A stretch of 64,000 nucleotides of DNA from a virus (taxonomy: Duplodnaviria > Heunggongvirae > Uroviricota > Caudoviricetes). The position numbers and the translations under genes are program-made. The notes under the pieces were generated by a model. That model was not told the origin of the DNA and ran no database searches. It worked only from the letters and a program-made list of their open reading frames with translations. Positions 56,942-64,000 of this stretch are shown here, piece after piece. Within the stretch, counting starts at the first letter, position 1. Every line of letters starts with the position of its first letter. The stretch lies in IMG/VR virus record IMGVR_UViG_3300020451_002055; one strand, written 5' to 3'.

Positions 56942-57931
56942 CTACTCAAAGCTCCCGTAGAAAGCGGCTCGCTTTGCTCCGAGGTTTGGGTCATTCCAAA
57001 CCTTCGACTCATGACATATCGACGAGAAGTCGCAATACTTACAATCGAATGAAGTTTTGGACTCAGGTCGAGGAGGAGGAAGAAGCTTGTTATCTACCAT
57101 CGAGTTCATCTTGACGGCCTGCTCTTGAATCTTAGCCCACATCTCAGGATTTCTACCAACCTGGTAGACCTTCGTGGCGCAGTCGTCCTTGTTCTCGTAT
57201 ATGATGACTCCATAATCCAAGTCAAGAACATTGACATAGATAGTTATCTGTACCTTGTAATGGAAGTCCGGAACGTTGGTCAGTTTCTTCTTGAACTTGA
57301 AAGAGTTGACCGTCTTCATATCGATGACGATTGGCTTCTTAGGAAGATCTTCCGGCTTGAACAGAATCGGAACTGCATTGCCTTCCCTATACTGATTTGC
57401 GTTGAAGTTCGAGAAGTCTAGAATCTGGTCTGCATGACCGTGGAAATTTAGTTCCTCGTCAATCACGGAGACTTCATGATACCTGAAGTTCTCGCATCCG
57501 CAACGCTTGCAGGATTCCGGCTTGAAGCATCCGAGCTTATCATCAAGGCCGTAACGCTTGGGCCTCTCGTCAGAGTAATCCGGACCGGCATAGTTGCCAT
57601 GCTCATCATAGCAGCCGCAATCCGGGTTCATGCATTCCCATACTCCTCGAAGAACTCCGATGTCCTCGAAATACTTGGCCCAACGATCATGCATTGAGTG
57701 CCCGGTATCCCAAATGCGACACATCCGAGGCTCCGGAGACGACGGCTCGCACTCAATGTAGCCTCGCTCTGCATAACGCTGATACTGCATCTTGCGGAGA
57801 CACTGACCGAATGCAGATGGGTGATAAATCTCGTAACCGCGAGGCGGTCCGTTCTGATTTACCCAACTGCAATGGGTATTGACCAAGTTGATTAGATTTG
57901 TTACTTCTGGCGGTTGTCTAATGATTTCCAT
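56942..57931 (-). CDS. Cas4-like PD-(D/E)xK exonuclease with Fe-S cysteines and an inserted Zn ribbon
   Basis: HPS..GQCLR, G..MH, GHAD, IDMKT, Q..IY, CKYCDFSSIC; insert CMNPDC...CKRCGC. Confidence 0.85.
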   Translation of the reverse strand: MEIIRQPPEVTNLINLVNTHCSWVNQNGPPRGYEIYHPSAFGQCLRKMQYQRYAERGYIECEPSSPEPRMCRIWDTGHSMHDRWAKYFEDIGVLRGVWECMNPDCGCYDEHGNYAGPDYSDERPKRYGLDDKLGCFKPESCKRCGCENFRYHEVSVIDEELNFHGHADQILDFSNFNANQYREGNAVPILFKPEDLPKKPIVIDMKTVNSFKFKKKLTNVPDFHYKVQITIYVNVLDLDYGVIIYENKDDCATKVYQVGRNPEMWAKIQEQAVKMNSMVDNKLLPPPRPESKTSFDCKYCDFSSICHESKVWNDPNLGAKRAAFYGSFE

Positions 57932-58671
57932 AGCCTTACCTTTGTCATGTTGACTTCTCTGTTCTTTTGGGCCTCCAAAAGAGCTTCCTTGAGAACAGTT
58001 ATACCTTCTTTCATTACTAACTCGTCAGGATCCTTGTATGTATCGTTGAAAAACACTGGGTAGAAGTTCGTACTGAATGCCGGAGCTTCTAGCCGCTCTT
58101 CCTCATACAAGTCCATAGCTCTGATCAAGTTCTTACGACCCGAGTCATCGTTATCAAATAGCAGATAGATGTTCTGACAATACCGACGCAATAGAGATAC
58201 ATGATCAAACGTAAATGCGCTGCCAAGAACTCCTACGGTATTTGTTAGACCATGAACATGCAGGCAGGTCGTATCAAACTGGCCTTCGACAACGATAGCA
58301 GAGTTCTTCTGCATGATTCTCTGCTTGGCAACGTTAAGGCCATACAGATACCGCTTCTTATTGAACTGCTCATGAAGGTGCGGTCGATGCTCCTTCTTGG
58401 TTGTTCGAAAGTTGCGGCTCGTCAATACGATGAGATCGCCGTATTGATCGTAAAGAGGCATGATGACCCTTCCGCGCCAATCATGCCCGGTCGCCCTCTT
58501 CGGAATGTATCCGAATCGGAACGTGTCAATTGCTTCAGCATTGAGGCCCCTTTTTTCGAGGAGATACTGACGGGCCTCGTTTACATCATCATTGTCTTCA
58601 ACTGTCAGGGTCCGGTGAGCGAGACGAACTATCTCCTCTCTCTCAGCCGGAGTGAACTTGGTCTTCATCAT
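57901..58671 (-). CDS. dnaG: DnaG-type primase, catalytic/TOPRIM domain only
   Basis: YLLEKRGL, FGY.P, GRVIMPL, LYGL, VVEGQFD, LFDNDDSG, KDPDE. Confidence 0.9.
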   Translation of the reverse strand: MMKTKFTPAEREEIVRLAHRTLTVEDNDDVNEARQYLLEKRGLNAEAIDTFRFGYIPKRATGHDWRGRVIMPLYDQYGDLIVLTSRNFRTTKKEHRPHLHEQFNKKRYLYGLNVAKQRIMQKNSAIVVEGQFDTTCLHVHGLTNTVGVLGSAFTFDHVSLLRRYCQNIYLLFDNDDSGRKNLIRAMDLYEEERLEAPAFSTNFYPVFFNDTYKDPDELVMKEGITVLKEALLEAQKNREVNMTKVRLWKSLDNRQK

Positions 58672-59927
58672 AGCTCGGGATTGTCGTCAGATGAAACAGC
58701 GAACTCTACTTCGCCACTTGCGTCATCCTTTGCTTCCTCTGCCTTCTTCGTAATCTTAGGCTTCGACTTGGCCTTAGATTTCGACCTGGACTTGGACTTT
58801 GGAGCATCATCGTCATCGTCCTTACTGCCTGATTCTTCGATGATCTTCTTATGGCTGTCGTAGTTGAGAATCTCTGCAGGAACCGGCAATTCCTTTTCTA
58901 CGGCGGCTGCCTTCATCTCTTCAATAAGGTCAGTCATGTCGATCTCGCCAAGGGCTTCAATGAAGGCCTCTCGTCCATCCACCTTCAGGTCTCCCCAAGA
59001 GTAAACGGTCTTGCGCTTGTTGATAACCTTTACTTCTCTACCGAAGTTGAAAACTCGTTCTTCAAGATCAGGGAAGTAAGGCTTGTAGTAGATCGGAATA
59101 CGAATGCCTTCTTTGAATGGCATGGAGAACCGGCTCTTCTCGATCCAGACATTCGCCGAGCCCGCAATAAGTTCTTGTTCTCCATCTTCCTTTTCGATAA
59201 AGACAAGAGAATCCTTACTGTTTAGCTTGTTGACCTTGAGGATAACAGAGGATTGGTGAGGTAGGGTATTTCCGCCCTTGTAACCTTCCGGATTTCCAAA
59301 CATAACGCCCGGCTTAGTACGAAGCTGATTGATGCAAACAACGAGAGCATTATGAGCCGATGCAAGACTATTGATAGCAGGCAGAGTCTTGCCGAGGACT
59401 CTTGCGAGAGGAGCCATATGATCCTTCTCAGCAGAGGCCTCAAGCTCTGACTTTGTAACAAGAGCGGCAATCGAGTCGATGACCACGATGTCCGCTCCGG
59501 CCTTGATCGCATCCTTGACCTTATCAAGAATCGCTTCTGCATAGAAGATTTCTTCGGGATTGTCATCATCGAACATCTTGATCTTACCGATCTTCGCAGG
59601 ATCGCAACCATTGATCTTCGCAAGCTGAGGACTGTATGAGTTCTCAACGTCAATCCAAACAGGCGTATAGCCCATCTGCTGAGCGTTGCCGCAAAGACGG
59701 TAAGCCAAAGATGATTTTCCTCCGCCAGGTCCGCCATAGATCATGCATACACTACCGAGCGGAATACCAAAGATGGGATTTTCGCTGTCGGATGCTTCTG
59801 CTTCTCCCTTTGATATACGGTAATCAAGCTCCGTATGACCAGTGGGAATGAATGTTCTCTTCTCCTGGGTTCCCCATTCGAATCCGCCAAGATTCTCTAG
59901 GCCAACCGAGCCTTTCTTCTTCGCCAT
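58668..59927 (-). CDS. recA: RecA-family recombinase
   Basis: IPTG..LD, YGGPGGGKSS, IDVE, VIDSIAAL, INQLR, MFGNPE..GG. Confidence 0.93.
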   Translation of the reverse strand: MAKKKGSVGLENLGGFEWGTQEKRTFIPTGHTELDYRISKGEAEASDSENPIFGIPLGSVCMIYGGPGGGKSSLAYRLCGNAQQMGYTPVWIDVENSYSPQLAKINGCDPAKIGKIKMFDDDNPEEIFYAEAILDKVKDAIKAGADIVVIDSIAALVTKSELEASAEKDHMAPLARVLGKTLPAINSLASAHNALVVCINQLRTKPGVMFGNPEGYKGGNTLPHQSSVILKVNKLNSKDSLVFIEKEDGEQELIAGSANVWIEKSRFSMPFKEGIRIPIYYKPYFPDLEERVFNFGREVKVINKRKTVYSWGDLKVDGREAFIEALGEIDMTDLIEEMKAAAVEKELPVPAEILNYDSHKKIIEESGSKDDDDDAPKSKSRSKSKAKSKPKITKKAEEAKDDASGEVEFAVSSDDNPEL

Positions 59928-59952
59928 CAGTGTTCTCCGTGATTATGTATGG

Positions 59953-59991
59953 ATACAGAATGAGCCGCGACCGCGGTAACGATCACGGCTC
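59953..59991 (-). terminator. Strong hairpin (terminator/attenuator-like) between ssb and recA
   Basis: GAGCCGUGAUCG-UUACCG-CGGUCGCGGCUC, 12 bp with G-U pairs that work only on the minus strand; weak U tract. Confidence 0.55.
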
Positions 59992-60049
59992 TTGAGTTGC
60001 TTCCTGATTGTTGGAATCGGATTATTGCAATCTACGCATAAATGCGAGA

Positions 60050-60697
60050 TTAGAACGGAACGTCGTCGTCATCGACCTCGGAACCGCCGGTAGGTGCAGA
60101 TGCAGTTGCAGTCTGCGCCGTTGGCTCCTTGAGGCCGAGCTTCTCTTCGATCTCGTCCTGAGGCGTTGCCTTGAAGATTTCCATCAGGTTGTGAAGGTTC
60201 TTGCCCTTCTCGCCGATCAACTCCTTTTCCTCGTCCGTAAACGGAGCCGGATCAAGAGGAGTCAGGTGATAGCGAGTCGTGCGAGGATCGTTTGGGTTCT
60301 GACGCTCGACGCGGATCATGAAATCAACGCCCTCGTTCTTACCCGGATCCTTCTTGCGAGCCGATGCCCAGTTGGAAACGTCCTTGTAAAGAGTTACAGG
60401 CATTTCCATGACCATGAGATTGCCGCTACCCCTATCAATGACATTGATAGCGTATCGCTCGCTCGGGTTCATGTTGTAAGTGTTGCGGATTACGCAGTCG
60501 TCGCCGCCATTCGTAATGGCCGAACGACCTCGCTCCCCATTCTTGCCGTTGACATAGTAACGGAAGAACCTAATCGGCTTGGCTACGAGTCGAACCGTGT
60601 ACTCGTTTCCTGCCTTTAGACGCAGGAAAGTTTCGCCTTTGCCGCCGCCTCCACGGTTGGAGGTTGACGTATCGCCCCAATCTACTACTTCGCTCAT
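60050..60697 (-). CDS. Phage single-stranded DNA-binding protein (gp32-like)
   Basis: FLRLK.G....VRL, YAINVIDR, P....GVDF.I, Y; acidic tail DDDDVPF; position beside recA. Confidence 0.75.
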   Translation of the reverse strand: MSEVVDWGDTSTSNRGGGGKGETFLRLKAGNEYTVRLVAKPIRFFRYYVNGKNGERGRSAITNGGDDCVIRNTYNMNPSERYAINVIDRGSGNLMVMEMPVTLYKDVSNWASARKKDPGKNEGVDFMIRVERQNPNDPRTTRYHLTPLDPAPFTDEEKELIGEKGKNLHNLMEIFKATPQDEIEEKLGLKEPTAQTATASAPTGGSEVDDDDVPF

Positions 60698-60709
60698 TTT
60701 GAGTCTCCT

Positions 60710-60812
60710 TTGTTGCAGTGTTTCAGTGTTGGGCAGTGCTTAGTGGACCCTACGCCGGGTCGCAGTGTTCTTGTGTCTCTGTTTCCATTGTTGTCAGTGG
60801 ACCTTGGAGACA
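60710..60812 (-). repeat. ssb leader with repeated CACTG motifs and two hairpins
   Basis: 5 CACTG + 1 CACTA within ~85 nt; stems TGTCTC/GAGACA and GACCC/GGGTC. Confidence 0.65.
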
Positions 60813-60828
60813 TAAGGCCATATATCTT

Positions 60829-60851
60829 TTCGACTACTACTGCCATATACC
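60829..60851 (-). promoter_or_regulatory. Candidate phage-sigma promoter (GGTA-N15-CGAA) for ssb-recA
   Basis: AAGGTA TATGGCAGTAGTAGT CGAAAA. Confidence 0.55.
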
Positions 60852-60904
60852 TTCAGCTTTTACTGCATCAATTCTAACTTTTTCTTACTACCTACCAGGC
60901 CTTC

Positions 60905-62062
60905 TCAGAAGCTCACTTCTTGAGGTCCGCCTGACTCATCTTTCGGCTTAGGAGAACGGCTCGGCGAGACTTTCACAGTCGAATTGTCATCGAGCGAATC
61001 GAATCCATCATCTGCTACAGAAGTCGTCCGTGCCTGACTCTGTTTTTGCGGCGCTCCAAACTTTTCAGGAGACGGACCGATACCGGTCAGAGTGACCTGA
61101 CGGCTCAGACTGTCGTATGCCGCATCGAGGTTGTTAAGGATGTCCTTGGAGGTCTCGAACAAGCCTTCAAGCTCATTGTAATACTCCTCCATGTCTCTCA
61201 TATGCTCGTAGTTGACTCCATCCTGCTTTGCGGCAGGCTTTTCATAAACAACCCGAGCAAGCTGTCCATGCATCATGGGAATCAAACGCTTCCAAAGGAA
61301 GTATTGAGAGTTGATGATAGACTTGATCTGAACGACCCTATCTCGCTTCTGCTGAATCGCCTGCATGCGATCTGCAATAGCGTCCTTGTCGCTCAAGCTG
61401 ACGCGGATGCTAACATAGGCATCATGCATCTCTTGGGTCCATTTATCAGTAGGCAATCTCTTGCCGTCTGGCAAATGACGTTGAAGCGTAGTTCGCTTCA
61501 TTTCATAGAACTTGGAGAACATTGGAGTAGGATGATCAACAAGGAATCCTGCCTCCCTTAGAGCATCAAACTCATCTCCCTCAGACGACTTGGAGTCTTC
61601 TACTTCCGGCGATGGTTGTTCAGGAGCCTCAGAATCGTCGTCAGATTCGGCCCCATCTTGACTCCCATCTCCTGAGAGTTCTTCGGGCTCATCAGATGAA
61701 GAGTCATCGGCTTTTTGCTCTTCCAGCGGTTCATCCGGTTCGGATCCGGATTCGCCTTTAGCTGCATTCTTCGCGTCGGTGATGATTGATGCGAAATCTC
61801 GCTCTTCTTGCTGTTCTGATTGCCCATCCGAAGCCTCCTCGTTAGATGAGTTAGTAGTTTCATTTTCGTCTGCGTTAGACGCTTTTGCTACGGCTTCGTT
61901 TACAGCTTTTGCCTTATCCTCAAAGCTTGTTTCTTCCGAGGATTTTATGACTGCAGCATATGCCCCTTCTTGGGACTCGTCAGATATGTCGTCATCTGTA
62001 TCTATGTTGCTGCCATCAGTAGGCACTCCGAATATATCGGCTAGTTCATCTGCGTGTCCCAT
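60905..62062 (-). CDS. Hypothetical protein, acidic disordered N-half + coiled-coil C-half (UvsY-like mediator possible)
   Basis: GAGGAG SD; coiled coil ending LSRQVT; next to ssb/recA. Confidence 0.7.
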   Translation of the reverse strand: MGHADELADIFGVPTDGSNIDTDDDISDESQEGAYAAVIKSSEETSFEDKAKAVNEAVAKASNADENETTNSSNEEASDGQSEQQEERDFASIITDAKNAAKGESGSEPDEPLEEQKADDSSSDEPEELSGDGSQDGAESDDDSEAPEQPSPEVEDSKSSEGDEFDALREAGFLVDHPTPMFSKFYEMKRTTLQRHLPDGKRLPTDKWTQEMHDAYVSIRVSLSDKDAIADRMQAIQQKRDRVVQIKSIINSQYFLWKRLIPMMHGQLARVVYEKPAAKQDGVNYEHMRDMEEYYNELEGLFETSKDILNNLDAAYDSLSRQVTLTGIGPSPEKFGAPQKQSQARTTSVADDGFDSLDDNSTVKVSPSRSPKPKDESGGPQEVSF

Positions 62063-62081
62063 AAGGGCCTGTCTCCTCTAT

Positions 62082-62417
62082 TTACAAGCTATCGAAGTCT
62101 TCATCCTTCAATCCGCCAGAAAGCGCTCCCTGTTCATCCTTCGGAGTTGCATAGGAGCCCATGAAGCCCTTCTTCTCTGCGGCCTGCAACTCTTCCTGAA
62201 TCATCGAGCAGCTTTCCTTGAAGTCCTTCGTTAGAAGCTTCGTGATGCCTGCGGACTTGTCCATCAACTCGGACAGATTAGACCATTCGATTGTATGCTC
62301 CTGATCAACGATCACATCCATGTTTTCATAGTTACCAAGGTTGAACTTGCGACAGATCGACTTGCGAATCTTTGACGTTCTTGGAACTTTAGTTTCCGAT
62401 TCTTTCTTCTCAGCCAT
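62082..62417 (-). CDS. Hypothetical phage protein (NLGNYE motif)
   Basis: RKFNLGNYENMDV; AAGGAG SD. Confidence 0.7.
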   Translation of the reverse strand: MAEKKESETKVPRTSKIRKSICRKFNLGNYENMDVIVDQEHTIEWSNLSELMDKSAGITKLLTKDFKESCSMIQEELQAAEKKGFMGSYATPKDEQGALSGGLKDEDFDSL

Positions 62418-62427
62418 TGCTTACTCC

Positions 62428-63999
62428 TTATCCAAAAATATCCTGAGACATAACCCCTTTTCGACGAGAGCGCTTCATGTCTTCTCGTAGTCCACTAAAC
62501 TGATTGACATGATGCTCAACCGGGATCTTCTTGCCCTTCTCGTCCTTCGTCCGGAAGAATCCGGCGATCGCCAGAGACTCAACAGATTTGGTATCAACCT
62601 TCTTTGGATCCGTTTTGAATGCCAGGTCTCTCATGTCCTTGTATGGGGCATTCTCGATAATGTCTTCGGCTGCCGCCTTCGACAAGCCCTTGCATCGAAT
62701 AGGAGGTCTGATCTGCGAATAGGCTACGCCAGAAGACTCATCCTTCTTTGCAACGATCTCGTACTTCATGCCGCACTTGTTGAGATTGCGAGCAAGCATC
62801 TTGATCCCCATCTGATCCGTGCATTCTTTCTCAAGAACCTCGATCTTCTCATACTTAGCTCTGTTGAGTTCGACGTTCAGATATGCGCAGATGAACTCCT
62901 CAGGATAATGACACTTGAGATATGCCGTTTGATAGGACAAGAAACCATAACAGCATGAGTGAGACTTATTGAACGCATAGTCAGCAAACGGTATAATGAC
63001 CTTATCCCAGTAAGCCTGAGATACCTTAGGATCTACGCCGTTCTCTTTGCTTCCGGCAACGAACTGCTTCTCATACTTATCAAGGATGTCTTTCTTCTTC
63101 TTACCGACCGCCTTGATCATTCCGTAGCCATCAGTAATCGAGAAACCGGCAAGCTCGTTGCAAACCTGCATGACCTGCTCTTGGTAACAGAGAATGCCAT
63201 AGGTCTCATCAAGATACTTCTTGACGTATGGTTCAATCGACTCATGGAAGTACGATATCCTCTCATCGCCTCGCTTTCGGGCGCAATACTGAGGAATAAA
63301 CTCCATTGGACCAGGCCGATACAATGCAACGCCTGCGATGATATCCTCAAAACAGTCAACGCCGATCTGTTTCATGGTCCTTTGCATACCGGGCTCTTCG
63401 CATTGGAATACGCCGACAAGATTACCGGTCCGATATAGCTCGAACACTTCTTGGTCATCAAGCGGTATGTCTTCGATACTAAAATCAGCAAGATGCTCAT
63501 AGTTCTCGCGGATCAAGGAGATGCATTGCGAGATAACAGTCAACGTGCTAAGAGCAAGAATATCGAACTTGATGAGGCCCATTGATTCAAGGTCGTTGTA
63601 TTCGAACTGAGTCGCATACTCATATACCTTCTCAATGTTCTCTCCGTCGCCAGCAGACTTGATAATACTGGTCTGCCGGAGAGGGGCTATCTCATCAAGA
63701 GGACAATCTGATATAACGATACCTGCAGCATGAACTCCATAGACGGATAGGAGACCCTCAATAGACCTTGAATGGGTGAGGAGATCAGGATACTGATCAA
63801 TGTAGTATCTAAAGTCTCTGCAATACTTGTACGCATCTTCAACAGTCTTAATAGCATGTTCTTCCCCATCTTCTCCTTTGACCTTCAGCACCGCTCCGTA
63901 CTGCGGAGGCAATGACTTGATGATCTGATCGGCTTTGTCTCTTGTTTCAGCCGTCCATTGTTCTCTGCCTTGTCTAGTTGGCTGCCAAACGCCGTCCGG
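62428..63999 (-). CDS. dnaE: DNA polymerase III alpha subunit (5' part outside window)
   Basis: HAAGIVI, KFDILAL, GVFQ.E, ALYRPGPM, YQEQVM, YAFNKSH, TAYLK.HYP. The frame stays open upstream of 63912 to the window edge. Confidence 0.96.
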   Translation of the reverse strand, partial: PDGVWQPTRQGREQWTAETRDKADQIIKSLPPQYGAVLKVKGEDGEEHAIKTVEDAYKYCRDFRYYIDQYPDLLTHSRSIEGLLSVYGVHAAGIVISDCPLDEIAPLRQTSIIKSAGDGENIEKVYEYATQFEYNDLESMGLIKFDILALSTLTVISQCISLIRENYEHLADFSIEDIPLDDQEVFELYRTGNLVGVFQCEEPGMQRTMKQIGVDCFEDIIAGVALYRPGPMEFIPQYCARKRGDERISYFHESIEPYVKKYLDETYGILCYQEQVMQVCNELAGFSITDGYGMIKAVGKKKKDILDKYEKQFVAGSKENGVDPKVSQAYWDKVIIPFADYAFNKSHSCCYGFLSYQTAYLKCHYPEEFICAYLNVELNRAKYEKIEVLEKECTDQMGIKMLARNLNKCGMKYEIVAKKDESSGVAYSQIRPPIRCKGLSKAAAEDIIENAPYKDMRDLAFKTDPKKVDTKSVESLAIAGFFRTKDEKGKKIPVEHHVNQFSGLREDMKRSRRKGVMSQDIFG

Positions 64000-64000
64000 G

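Noticed and set aside
56942-57931. CRISPR-Cas system
   Set aside because: Solo Cas4-like exonuclease in a recombination operon; no cas1/cas2 and no repeat-spacer array seen.
1-64000. Stop-codon recoding
   Set aside because: Known proteins are full length in code 11, and TAA, TGA and TAG all serve as stops at gene ends.
1-64000. tRNA/rRNA genes, inteins, introns, IS elements
   Set aside because: No cloverleaf with T-loop consensus in the short intergenic gaps; RecA, TopA, UvrD and the visible part of DnaE are uninterrupted; no transposase seen. Checked by eye only.

Overview
Dense, almost entirely minus-strand, translationally coupled gene array. It reads as a fragment of a jumbo (huge) bacteriophage genome in standard code 11 with Shine-Dalgarno sites. 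The host is uncertain. Left to right: (i) 1-8552: a >1083-aa acidic, Lys-poor virion-type protein missed by the ORF track; an 885-aa multi-domain protein whose core resembles the fungal/plant-type CCA-adding enzyme plus an HD domain; small proteins sharing NWYK/KxAQ motifs; RuvC. (ii) 8.8-10.2 kb: a plus-strand islet (isochorismatase-like, DUF4326, IscA). (iii) 10.5-26 kb: DnaJ, a stripped-down Pol III accessory set (HolA-like, DnaN, gamma-length DnaX), a SigH-like sigma factor, dNMP kinase, TopA and a DNA methyltransferase. (iv) 26.1-50.4 kb: a ~24-kb, ~30-gene soluble glycan island with two NeuA/NeuB pairs, KdsC, two Maf/sialyltransferase-like proteins, ~11 glycosyltransferases, methyl- and sulfotransferases. 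It includes an inverted four-gene cassette built around a non-carboxylating RuBisCO-like protein. (v) 50.4-64 kb: Dam-like methylase, UvrD, Gam-like, SpoVS, Cas4-like exonuclease, primase without a Zn finger, RecA, gp32-like SSB and DnaE. A recurring GGT(A/T)-N15-16-CGAA element marks most intergenic gaps and is a candidate promoter for the phage sigma factor. The best candidates for an undescribed system are the RuBisCO-like-protein cassette inside the glycosylation island, and the eukaryote-type CCA enzyme built as a putative packaged/cleaved polyprotein. All family calls come from motif recognition by eye; no searches were run.
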